Source: Candidatus Eiseniibacteriota bacterium (GTDB lineage Bacteria > Eisenbacteria > RBG-16-71-46 > CAVPCR01). From it: a DNA stretch of 64,000 bases. Positions 19,686 through 28,825 of this stretch are shown here, piece after piece. Positions within the stretch are counted from its first letter, which is position 1, and the number at the start of each line of letters is the position of its first letter. The notes beneath the pieces are model-generated. The model made no database searches. It was given only the letters and a program-made list of their open reading frames with translations, and had not been told where the DNA came from. Location: contig CAVPCR010000004.1 of the NCBI GenBank assembly GCA_963702435.1, positions 160,001-224,000 on the forward strand, read 5' to 3'. The position numbers and the translations under genes are program-made.

Positions 19686-19795
19686 CGCTCTCTCCTTGGG
19701 CTGAGTGGAAGTGGAACGGAGTAGCGGCCGGCGCTGAACCGGGACCCGGGGCGGCTCACACGGCCGCTGATTGTAGACGAAAGCCGGCGGCCGGG

Positions 19796-20254
19796 CTAGC
19801 TCTCGGGGCCCGTGAAGAGCGCCGTCAGGTCGAGCGACGGGACCTTGGTCTGCGCGGCGAGCGAGACGTAGGTGCGGGCGAGCGCGTCCTTGCCCGCGCC
19901 GAGCACGGTCGAGATCGCACCGAGCGCCTCGGCATAGGCTCGCGGCTCGAGGTCGGTCAGGATGTGCTTCCAGATCGCTTCCTCGAGCACGTTGAAGGCG
20001 AGCTGCACCTCGGTCAGGTCGTAGCCGGCCGTGAAGCGCTCGTGCGCCACCGCCTCCGCGTGCCGGATGATCGGCGTCAAGTTGCGCTTCGTCACGCACT
20101 GGCGAGCCGTGTCGAAGAGGGAGAGGAGGCGTTGCTCCACCACATCGCGGCCGGCGCTCCCGTAGTGCTTGAGGCCGGCCCGCTTGATCGCATCGCTGGC
20201 CTCGAGGATGATGTCCTGAGCCTGTGCATCGAGCAACGCTTGCAGATTGTCCAT
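19796..20254 (-). CDS. Small all-helical protein, RsbRD N-terminal-like
   Basis: AEAVAHERFTAGYDLTEVQLAFNVLEEAIW pattern. Confidence 0.6.
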   Translation of the reverse strand: MDNLQALLDAQAQDIILEASDAIKRAGLKHYGSAGRDVVEQRLLSLFDTARQCVTKRNLTPIIRHAEAVAHERFTAGYDLTEVQLAFNVLEEAIWKHILTDLEPRAYAEALGAISTVLGAGKDALARTYVSLAAQTKVPSLDLTALFTGPES

Positions 20255-20386
20255 GTCGATCCCCCGGCGGCCGGCACGACCCTTCCCTGAGCATCCGTGC
20301 ATTACATGATACATGATGCTCCTGCCGGCGACGGATGAAGTTTCGCCCGCTGCTGCGGGCGCGCGTCGCGGCTCAGGAGTCGCGGT

Positions 20387-21054
20387 TCAGGCGGCGCGGA
20401 GGGACCAGCCGAGGAGGAGGAGCCCGGTGGCGGCGATCCAGCTTCCGGCCACGCGCACGGCGATGCGCGATGCGCGCCCACGGCGCGCGGAGCGTGACCA
20501 CGAGGGCCGCGGCCAGGGCGACCATCGCGAAGAGCGTCGTCACGATGCCGAGGAGGCCGACCGTGCCGAGCTTCGCCTGGGCCATGGACCCGGGAAGCGT
20601 GAAGAGGGCGAGTCGACCGGTGCGCGAGCCACGCAGGCCGGCGAGGAGCGCGAGCGCGAGCGCCGGCAGCGCGTCCTCCACGGTAAGGGCGAAGTGCGAA
20701 ACGCTCCCGCCATGGCGACGAGAGCTCCGGCCGCACGCAGCGTCACCCGTCCCCAGCCCCAGCGGTGGATGACGCCGATCCCGATGCCGGTGGCGTGAAG
20801 CGTACCTGTCGCCATCACCAAGCCGATGCTGTAGGTCAGTCCGCTCGCCGCCGCGGGGAGCTCCGTGCCGTGCGCGTGTCCATGGAAGATGGCGAAGAAG
20901 CCGACGACCACTGCCGCCGCCCACAGCGGCGGCCGCCACTCCCTGAGGACCGCGAAGCCGAGCAGGATCGCTGAGCACGCGATCCCGACCTTGACCCCGG
21001 GCAGCGGCGCGCCGATGAGACCCAGCATTCCGCCGAGAGCCATCACGAGCGCGT
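20387..21054 (-). pseudogene. Collapsed remnants of two adjacent HupE/UreJ-family membrane genes
   Basis: VGFFAIFHGHAHGTELP..ATGTLH fragment without N-terminus; second fragment ..RIAVRVAGSWIAATGLLLLGW with deletions and a 7-bp duplication at 20461-20474. Confidence 0.8.
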
Positions 21055-21200
21055 GATCTCCTGGAGCGCGGCGGATGTCACGTCGGGTCTCCACTCGCCC
21101 GCGCCGGTGACGGACTACGAGCCGGGGCCGAACGTGCCGAACCCGTTCACTCCGTCGACGCTGATCCACTTCGCGATACCGCGGGAGACGGAGGTGAATC
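21055..21200 (+). pseudogene. Orphan fragment of a PNPF/FlgD-type C-terminal domain
   Basis: GPNVPNPFTPSTLIHFAIPRETEV, truncated, with no passenger domain. Confidence 0.6.
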
Positions 21201-21268
21201 CGGGGCAAGACGAGCAGTTTCTTCCGTCATCCCCACACAGGAGAGGAACTCCCCCATGCGTGTGCGTG

Positions 21269-21796
21269 ATGAGACTGTGGACCGCGACCTTCACTGCCGG
21301 CGCTGTCGCCGCCGCCGCTTTCGCCGCCGGGGCCGCTTGCGCCCAGGACGGCTCCTGCACCTGCCCGCAGACCAGCCGCGGCTGGCTCCTGTTCGTCGAT
21401 TCGAACACGAGGACTCCCGACTTCTGGCGGGAAGACGAGGTCGTCGTCGAGGAGATCGCGATCTGCCCGCACGGAGTGCGCTTCGTGTTCGTGGCCGAGG
21501 AGGACGGGAACCCGTATCTCATGGCCCTCGTCTTCACCAATCCGGTGGCCGACACGCGGCTCTACCGGAGACGCGACTGGACGGAGCTGTGCGGCGCCTA
21601 CTCCGCGCTCCGGACGGCGGTCGTCCAGCTCGCGGGCGGCGGTCTCCCGCAAGCAGGACGGCTGGATTTCCGGGATAGCCCCTTCGGCGATCGACCACGC
21701 ATCGTCCAGCCGTGGTGCCGCCTCGCCTTGATCTGGCGCGGCCGGGAGATCAAGCTCCGCGCGTATCTCGATGTCTACATGACCATGCTGCCGTAG
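21269..21796 (+). CDS. Hypothetical secreted protein
   Basis: Signal peptide ending ACA-QD; Cys-containing mature region. Confidence 0.6.
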   Translation: MRLWTATFTAGAVAAAAFAAGAACAQDGSCTCPQTSRGWLLFVDSNTRTPDFWREDEVVVEEIAICPHGVRFVFVAEEDGNPYLMALVFTNPVADTRLYRRRDWTELCGAYSALRTAVVQLAGGGLPQAGRLDFRDSPFGDRPRIVQPWCRLALIWRGREIKLRAYLDVYMTMLP

Positions 21797-21820
21797 TAGT
21801 GTTCCGCCTGGGAGGCATGC

Positions 21821-23716
21821 ATGAAGAAAAGCCTGCTGCTCGTGATCGGGATCTCGTTCGCCTCTGGTTCCGCTCTCGCCCAGGAAGCCTTCATTCCCTT
21901 CGATGCCGAGCACTGGATCCTGGATGACGCCCGTGTCGTCGAGCAGGCGGGCCGCCAGGCGGTGACCGGCCTCGCCGTGCTCAAGGATGTCGAGTTCGCG
22001 GACGGGGTCATCGAGTTCGACGTCTGGGCGCCCGATGTCCGGCAAACGGGGGGCCGCGCCTATCCGGGCGTGATCTTCCGGATGCAGTCGCCGCTCGCGG
22101 CCGAGCGGCTCTACATCCGCCCGCACCGCGCCGGTCTCTATGCGGATGCGATCCAGTACACGCCCCTGTTCAACGGGGTGGCCGGGTGGCAGCTCTACAG
22201 CGGCGATGGTTTCACCGGCACGCTCGCCTTTCCCCTCGACGAATGGGTTCCCGTGCGTCTCGAGGTGGCCGGCCGCCAGGCCCGGGTCCTCGTCGGCGGG
22301 TCTGGCGGGGTCGCCGCCGCCCCGGCCCTCGAGATCCACGACCTCATGCACGGCGCGAGCAAGGGGGCCGTCGCTCTCTACGGCGAGGGCCCCGCGTACT
22401 TCTCGAATGTCCGGTGCGACCCGGCGACGGTTCCCGCGCTCGCGCCGCCGCCGCCGGCCGATGCGGTGCCCGGCGTCATCGGCGACTGGGAGCTGAGCCG
22501 CGGTCTCCGCGCCCTGCTCCTCGACACGGAGAGCTATCCCGATCTCCTGGCGCGCGCCGGCGCGGAGTGGCGCGAGGTGACCGCCGACCCCTCGGGTCTC
22601 GTCGACGTGTCCCGCTTCCTCGCCTTCAACGGACTCGAGCCGGAGTGCGTGCTGGCCCGGACGCGCCTCCGTGCGGAGGGGCGCGCGGACACGATGAAGA
22701 TCGATTTCGGTTACAGCGACGCCGTGAGCATCTTCCTGAACGGCGTTCTCGTCTACTCCGGCGACAGCTCGTACCGGCTCCGCGACTCTTCCTTCCTCGG
22801 CATCGTCGGCTACTTCGACGCGGTGAATCTGCCGCTCCGCCAAGGCGACAACGAGCTCCTGCTCGCCGTCTCCGAGAGCTTCGGCGGCTGGGGCTTCATG
22901 GTCCGGGATGCCGGGGCTGTCTTCACCGCGGCCGGCGTTGTCGCCGCATGGAAGACGGATGCGACCTTCCGCATGCCCGAGTCGGCAGCCTACGACCCCG
23001 AGCGCAATGCGTTCTACGTGTCGATCTACGACGCGACGACGCCGAGCCGCGGGCAGGGGCTCCAGGCCATCGCCCGGCTCTCGGCCGACGGGAAGACGAT
23101 GGATCCCGCGTGGGCAGCGGGTCTCAACAATCCGACCGGGCTCGCCGTGTTCGAGGACAAGCTCTACGTTGCGGAGCGGTCGCAGCTCGCCGAGATCGAC
23201 ATTCGTTCGGGACAGGTGACGAGACGCCACGCGGTGCCGGCGCCCGGCTTCCTGAACGACGTGGCTGTGGACCCGTCGTCAGGCCATGTGTTCGTCTCGG
23301 ACTCGGGCAAGAACACGATCTACCTGTTCGACGGGGTGAAGGTCGAGGCATGGCTGGCCGGAAGCGAGATCCCGCAGCCGAACGGGCTTCTCGTCCTCGA
23401 CGGGGCGCTCCTCGTCGGGACGACGGGCGACGGATCGCTCAAGTCGGTTTCTTTGGCGACCAAATCCGTGCGCACGGTGGCGCATCTCGGCGCGGGCATC
23501 GTCGACGGCATCGCCGTCGACGCGGACGGCGACATCCTCGTCTCCCACAACCAGGGCCGGCTCTTCCGGGTGACGCGGGCGGGCGCTGTCACCAAGATCC
23601 TGGACACGACCGCCATCCAGATGAACCTGGCGGACTTCGCCTACGCCCCGGGATCCCGCCTGCTCGTCGTCCCGACCTATACCGGCGGGCGCGTGGCGGC
23701 GTTCACGATCGACTGA
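21821..23716 (+). CDS. Secreted protein: lectin-like N-terminal domains plus SMP-30/gluconolactonase beta-propeller
   Basis: GGAGG RBS; signal peptide; PESAAYD, LNNPTGL, FLNDVAVD, PNGL, VDGI propeller blades. Confidence 0.82.
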   Translation: MKKSLLLVIGISFASGSALAQEAFIPFDAEHWILDDARVVEQAGRQAVTGLAVLKDVEFADGVIEFDVWAPDVRQTGGRAYPGVIFRMQSPLAAERLYIRPHRAGLYADAIQYTPLFNGVAGWQLYSGDGFTGTLAFPLDEWVPVRLEVAGRQARVLVGGSGGVAAAPALEIHDLMHGASKGAVALYGEGPAYFSNVRCDPATVPALAPPPPADAVPGVIGDWELSRGLRALLLDTESYPDLLARAGAEWREVTADPSGLVDVSRFLAFNGLEPECVLARTRLRAEGRADTMKIDFGYSDAVSIFLNGVLVYSGDSSYRLRDSSFLGIVGYFDAVNLPLRQGDNELLLAVSESFGGWGFMVRDAGAVFTAAGVVAAWKTDATFRMPESAAYDPERNAFYVSIYDATTPSRGQGLQAIARLSADGKTMDPAWAAGLNNPTGLAVFEDKLYVAERSQLAEIDIRSGQVTRRHAVPAPGFLNDVAVDPSSGHVFVSDSGKNTIYLFDGVKVEAWLAGSEIPQPNGLLVLDGALLVGTTGDGSLKSVSLATKSVRTVAHLGAGIVDGIAVDADGDILVSHNQGRLFRVTRAGAVTKILDTTAIQMNLADFAYAPGSRLLVVPTYTGGRVAAFTID

Positions 23717-23757
23717 GAAGATCGCTCGCTCGACGCCGGTGCGGAGCGCGGGTTCGC

Positions 23758-24486
23758 CTACCCCCTCCTGGGGAGCCCGCGCGCGTAACGAGGGCCGAGG
23801 TCGCCGTGGCGGGCGGCCGCGTAGGTCAGGATGAGCGAACGGCGGCCGTGCGGGCTCCTGTTGGGCGCGCTCCGGTGCGGGGTGAGGCTGTGCATGAGCG
23901 TTACGTCGCCCGGGGCCAGCTCCATCAGGACCCCGCGACCCGGATCGATGTGCCGCTCATCCGTGTCGAGCGGATCGTCCGGCGGCGGCGGCAGGTGGGC
24001 GCCGTGATACCCCCTGAACATCTCGGTGGCGCCGCTCTCGGCGTCGAAGCGATCGATCGCGACGAAGGCGATCAGGTAGTCGCGCGCCGGAGCGCCGAGG
24101 GACTCCCAGTACGGATAGTCCTGGTGCATCCCGTAGCCCATGGTGCCCGGCCGCTTCATGATCAGCTTGGCCTTGAAGACGGCGGCCGGCTCTCCCAGCA
24201 CGCGCTCGGCGGCGGCGAGGAACCAGGAGTCTCTCGCGATGCGGTCGAAAGGTGGCGAGATGTCGAGCACGGGATCGATGCGATCGGCCACCATCGAGCC
24301 GTCCACATGGCGGCGCCACTGGACGCGGGGATCGCTGCGGTCGGTCGGGACGAGGCTCCACAGGCGGTCGCACTCCGCGGCCATGTTCTCGATCTCAGTC
24401 GCGGAGAGTACGCCGCGTACGGTGACGAAGCCACGCTCGTGGTAGGCGCGGAGATCGGAGTCGGTCAAGGCTGCGTGCCGTGTCAT
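23758..24486 (-). CDS. Phytanoyl-CoA dioxygenase (PhyH) family Fe(II)/2OG oxygenase
   Basis: YHERGFV, HQD and distal PHRSAPN facial triad, RRSLILTY. Confidence 0.9.
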   Translation of the reverse strand: MTRHAALTDSDLRAYHERGFVTVRGVLSATEIENMAAECDRLWSLVPTDRSDPRVQWRRHVDGSMVADRIDPVLDISPPFDRIARDSWFLAAAERVLGEPAAVFKAKLIMKRPGTMGYGMHQDYPYWESLGAPARDYLIAFVAIDRFDAESGATEMFRGYHGAHLPPPPDDPLDTDERHIDPGRGVLMELAPGDVTLMHSLTPHRSAPNRSPHGRRSLILTYAAARHGDLGPRYARGLPRRG

Positions 24487-24490
24487 TGGA

Positions 24491-25294
24491 TCATCGTTTC
24501 ACGAGGGGCTTGACCCACTCGATCTGCGCGGTCACCACCCGGAAGCCGGCCCGCCGGTAGACCCGAGCGCCGGCATCCCCCTCGACCCCGAAGCAGCCGG
24601 CAGCGGCGCAGCCGACAGCCGCGGCGAGGGTGCCGAAGCTCCTTGCCACGGCGGTGGCGATGCCCCGGCGGCGAGCTGCGGGATCGATCACGATGTTCTT
24701 CATGCGGAGGAGCGGACCCTGGCGGGAGGCGCTGACCGCGCCGCACACCGCGCCCTCCATCTCGACCAGGTACGGCCGCATGAAGCCAGCTGCCGCCTTC
24801 CGCCGCTCGAGGTCCACCCACAGGTGCGGCGGCGTCTCGTGTCCGTCCGGACCTCTCGCTGCGCGACGATGGAGGCGGAGCTTCGCCGACCACTGGCGAT
24901 CGGTCTCGACGGCGCGGAGGGACAGACCGGGCACCGCCGATCGCGACACCCGCGCGTCGAGGAGGAACCCGAGTTCGACGCGGCGTTCGTAGCCTGCAGC
25001 GGCGAGGGATCGTGCGAGCTCGGGAGCGTCCCCGACCACGTACCAGCGCGAGAGCGCACAACCGAGCGCGCGGAGGTCGTCCTCCACGCGGGCGATCCAG
25101 CCGGCAGCACCCGCCGGGCGCAGGCGCTCCGGGCGGACGCGCTGCACGACGCAGCCGGCGGCGATCGCGGCGAAGCCTGGGAGGCAGGCGATCTCGACGG
25201 GGCCGAGCGCGTGGATGCGCGCGCCCGCCTCGAAGTAGCGGCAATCGCTCTCGATCAGCGCACGCGCCAGCTCGTCGTCATGCGGTGCGGCCAT
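24491..25294 (-). CDS. GNAT-family N-acyltransferase
   Basis: KNIVIDPAARRRGIATA acetyl-CoA motif; ARVYRRAGF. Confidence 0.85.
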   Translation of the reverse strand: MAAPHDDELARALIESDCRYFEAGARIHALGPVEIACLPGFAAIAAGCVVQRVRPERLRPAGAAGWIARVEDDLRALGCALSRWYVVGDAPELARSLAAAGYERRVELGFLLDARVSRSAVPGLSLRAVETDRQWSAKLRLHRRAARGPDGHETPPHLWVDLERRKAAAGFMRPYLVEMEGAVCGAVSASRQGPLLRMKNIVIDPAARRRGIATAVARSFGTLAAAVGCAAAGCFGVEGDAGARVYRRAGFRVVTAQIEWVKPLVKR

Positions 25295-25352
25295 GGGGAA
25301 CTCCATCCTCGGAGTTATCGGCCGTTCGCGCCTCACCATGAGGTGCGGCAGC

Positions 25353-26453
25353 TCAGACCGGCGTGCCGCCCGCGGTGCGAGGCGAGGCCGCGGCCGCGGG
25401 CGCGAGGAGCGAGACGAGGAAGCGCCCGATGGCCCGGTCGAAACCGTCGATCCGCGCCTGGAGATGGCGCTCGCGCGGCATCGCCCCCTGGTCGGCGTCC
25501 GGAAGATCGAAGTACGGATTGGCCTCCCAGAGGAAGGGCCGGCCGTCCGCCAGGATCGAGTAATCGATGGCTGCGAAGTCGAGGTCGAGCGCGCGCATGG
25601 CGGCGAGCATCGCTTCCGGATGCTCGGCCGGTCCCTGCCAGAACGCATTGTCGATGGCGAGCGCGGCGCGCTCGTCGGGACGCAGGTAGGCGAGCCATGA
25701 CCACCGCCAGTTGCCGTGCAGATAGCGGGCGAACGAGCAGACCTTCAAACCGACCATGGGGTGGCTTGAGAAGTAGACATGATTCGGCACTACCTCGTCG
25801 CCGAACACGAAGGCGCGCTTCTTGTGGAAGTAGCGGGCCCAGATGCTCCCGGGGCGAGTCTCGGCATAGCCGGTGCGTGTGTCCACGAAATCGAGGATCA
25901 CGCCCGGCGCGATGTGCTCGTGGGCAGCGGCGGCCTCGGCTTCCCGGCGCGAGGCGCAGAAGAAGGTGGCCTGCTGGCCGTGCAGGAGATCCGTGCGGAC
26001 GATGACCGGAAAGGTCGTCGCCGGTGCGGCGAGGAAAGACGCGAGCTCGTCCCGGTTGCCGAAGGAAGTCGCCGCGGCAGCCGGGATCCCCGCCGCGCGC
26101 CAGAGGACCGATTGCGCGCTCTTCCGCGTGTTCGAGAGCGATTCCGGGGCATTGACGATGCGGAGCCCGCGGGCGCGGGCTGCGGCGGCGATCGCCATCG
26201 CCTCGGCGTAGCAGTCGGGATAGAGCTCGCGGAGCGGATCGCCGAGCCAGAAGACGACGGCGGTGGCGGCCGTGAGATCGGGGAGGCTCCCGCTCCCGGT
26301 CTCGTGGGCGACGATCTGCATGCGATGCGGGTTTCCGGCCAGCGCCCGCGACATGATGTGCTGGGCGTGGCGGTCCTGCCGGCCGCGCCCTGGGCCGTGG
26401 AAGACGACGAGGACGTGGCCGGCGCTCGGCGGCGAGGTGCGGGTCGTGGTCAC
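25353..26453 (-). CDS. RimK-like ATP-grasp ligase
   Basis: IVNAPESLSNTRK..AAGIP, FPVIVR, LDLDFAAIDY..FLWEANP. Confidence 0.8.
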   Translation of the reverse strand: MTTTRTSPPSAGHVLVVFHGPGRGRQDRHAQHIMSRALAGNPHRMQIVAHETGSGSLPDLTAATAVVFWLGDPLRELYPDCYAEAMAIAAAARARGLRIVNAPESLSNTRKSAQSVLWRAAGIPAAAATSFGNRDELASFLAAPATTFPVIVRTDLLHGQQATFFCASRREAEAAAAHEHIAPGVILDFVDTRTGYAETRPGSIWARYFHKKRAFVFGDEVVPNHVYFSSHPMVGLKVCSFARYLHGNWRWSWLAYLRPDERAALAIDNAFWQGPAEHPEAMLAAMRALDLDFAAIDYSILADGRPFLWEANPYFDLPDADQGAMPRERHLQARIDGFDRAIGRFLVSLLAPAAAASPRTAGGTPV

Positions 26454-26464
26454 CGGGCCTCGGG

Positions 26465-27943
26465 TCAACGGAGGAGCGTCACGCGCGAGACGTGCCGCCC
26501 GGTCGCAGCCGGCACGACGAGCCAGTAGGTGCCGGCGGGGCAGGGCCGGCCGCGCGCATCGTGTCCGTCCCAGGTCGCGGTCGCGGCGCCGCCGGCTCCC
26601 GTCGCGAGCGGGAGGCCGGCGACCCGGCGGCCGCGGACGTCGACGACGTCGAGATGCGACGGCGCCCCCTCGATGCCGGCAACCGCGACGTGCGTCGTCA
26701 CGGCGAAGGGATTCGGGAACGCGGCGATCGCGCGCGTCAGGGGCGGGGCGATGCTGCCGCCGGGCACGTTGCAGATCACGCCGGGAAGGGCGACGAACAC
26801 GTCCCCGTTGCCCGTGCCCTGCTCCACCCAGGAGAACTGGGGATAGCTGCGGACCGAGAGCGCGTTCTCGATCCCGGCGTGCATCTGGAGGAGGGAGGAC
26901 TCGTCCTGCCACACGGTGCCGGTCCGCGTGAAGTAGAACATCTCCTCGCCGGAGAACTGCAGCATGAAGTCATAGGCCGACTCGTACCAGAAAGCATGCG
27001 CCACGCCGCGGCCGTCGACGCGGAGCGCCGGGTGCTGCGGCCAGGTGTAGTCGTCGAGCGGAACCGAGATGTCCTCGGGATCGGCGAAGCCGCTCGGCGT
27101 CTCCGCGACGTAGAACATCACGTTGCAGGGGCAGGTGGGTTGCGGGCCGTTCGCGAGGATGTGATGGAGTCCGTCCGGACCGGCGGCGACCTCCATCTGG
27201 ACTCCGAAGCCGTAGAGGGCGTGTGGGGCGCTCCACCCCGCGCCGCTCCGTTCGGTGTAGAGGAGCTCGAAGTCGTTCGCGAACCAGTAGACGCGGGGTC
27301 GTTCGGCGCCGGCGACCCCGCTCGGTTCGACCTCTGCGCACACCCACTCCGCCTGACCGGGGATGCGCTCGCGGAGGCGGACCGGGGCGCGCCAGGAGCC
27401 GCCGGCCAGCTCGGTGAACCAGATATCGACCTCGAGCGAGCGGCGTTCCTCGCACCAGACGAGGTAGACCGGCTCGTCCGCCGTGTCATAGCGCACGCCG
27501 AACTCGGGGCGCGCGGTCGGGAAGCCGGAGCCGGTCGCGAAGACGATCGGCACCGACCAGTTCGGGTCGAGCCACTCGCGGAGGACGATCGCGTCGTCGC
27601 GGGCGAAAGCGAGGTAGACGCGGCCGAGGATCGAGCAGAGGGCGGGGTCGCGGCCGGGGCCGTGCGGGATGGGGGCGTCGATCATGTCGGCATGGACGCC
27701 GCGGGTGATGATGCTCGCGCCCTCCTCCCAGGCGACGATCGTGCGGTCGGTGGCGTCGGCGATCGCGGGTGCGCGGGAGGGGCTCGGGCTCTCCGACAGG
27801 TTGAGGATGCGGTAGAAGTCACCCTCGGCGGCGCCGGCCAGGACGAGGAGGAGGGCGGCCAGGAGCAAGGCGAGGAAGAGAGGGCCGTGCCCGATCCCTG
27901 TGCGAGAGGACCCGGCGGCGCCCGCGGGGCGGGAAGAGCACAT
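26465..27943 (-). CDS. Secreted beta-propeller-like protein with FlgD-Ig/T9SS-CTD-like domain
   Basis: Signal peptide; FPNPF..DVRGRRV..WDGHDARG..GTYW. Confidence 0.8.
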   Translation of the reverse strand: MCSSRPAGAAGSSRTGIGHGPLFLALLLAALLLVLAGAAEGDFYRILNLSESPSPSRAPAIADATDRTIVAWEEGASIITRGVHADMIDAPIPHGPGRDPALCSILGRVYLAFARDDAIVLREWLDPNWSVPIVFATGSGFPTARPEFGVRYDTADEPVYLVWCEERRSLEVDIWFTELAGGSWRAPVRLRERIPGQAEWVCAEVEPSGVAGAERPRVYWFANDFELLYTERSGAGWSAPHALYGFGVQMEVAAGPDGLHHILANGPQPTCPCNVMFYVAETPSGFADPEDISVPLDDYTWPQHPALRVDGRGVAHAFWYESAYDFMLQFSGEEMFYFTRTGTVWQDESSLLQMHAGIENALSVRSYPQFSWVEQGTGNGDVFVALPGVICNVPGGSIAPPLTRAIAAFPNPFAVTTHVAVAGIEGAPSHLDVVDVRGRRVAGLPLATGAGGAATATWDGHDARGRPCPAGTYWLVVPAATGRHVSRVTLLR

Positions 27944-28121
27944 CACGGTTCGCTCCCTTCGCGCTCGGACGGCGCGCGAGGCGACCCTGGCCGGCAGAGC
28001 CCAAGCGCCGGCCGGGATCCGGGACGGCGCGGCGAGACGAGCACAACCATGAGGGTAGCACCGGACCGCGGCGGCCACAACACGATCCGGGGCGGGCGGC
28101 GGCCGTCCGGGCCGGCCCAGC

Positions 28122-28670
28122 TCAGAACAGCTTGTACTGGAGACCGCCCGTGAGCTGGTAGTAGTCGGCGTTCTGGCTGAAGTTCTCGAGGTCTTCCCCG
28201 TAGTTGAGGAAGATGTAACGCGCGTCCCCGATGAAGGACCACGGTCCAGGGAGCGGGATGCCCACGCCGGCGCCGGTGTGATAGCCGGTGTTGCTCAGGT
28301 CTCCTTCCCCGAACTGGTCCTTGAGGTCGCCGTCGACGCCGATGTCGTACCAGCCGACACCCGCCGTCAGGTAGATGAACGGGAGCAACGTGAACATCGC
28401 GCTGAGCTGCACCGGGACGGTGCTGATGTCTCCTCCCTCGATGCTCTCGTTGCGGTAGTCGACGGCGATCTCCGCGGCGAGGATCGAGAGCAGCTCCATC
28501 CGGGCGTTGGCTCCGATGAGGAAGGAATCCTCGTCGACGTCGCCGCCGGTGTGGCTCAGGCCCATCTGACCGCCGGCCGACACTCCGAGCAGCCAGCTCG
28601 CGTGAGCCGGAGCGGCGAGGGCCAGGGCGAGGACGATGGAGGTTTGCACGAGGCGTTTCGCGTTCAGCAT
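28122..28670 (-). CDS. Outer-membrane beta-barrel (OmpA-like porin family)
   Basis: Signal peptide AHA; alternating beta strands; IYLTAGVGWY; terminal YKLF. Confidence 0.85.
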   Translation of the reverse strand: MLNAKRLVQTSIVLALALAAPAHASWLLGVSAGGQMGLSHTGGDVDEDSFLIGANARMELLSILAAEIAVDYRNESIEGGDISTVPVQLSAMFTLLPFIYLTAGVGWYDIGVDGDLKDQFGEGDLSNTGYHTGAGVGIPLPGPWSFIGDARYIFLNYGEDLENFSQNADYYQLTGGLQYKLF

Positions 28671-28825
28671 CGGAAGATCTCCTGAGATCGTCTTCTCCGA
28701 TCGGGTGGTGCGATTCCGGGACGCGAGCGCCGAGAGGCTAGCAGAGAGGTGCGAGCCGGTCCACCGGTCAGGTCTCGCCGGGCGCCGTTTCGCTCCGACC
28801 TGCCGCCTTTGCTACCATGTGAGCC

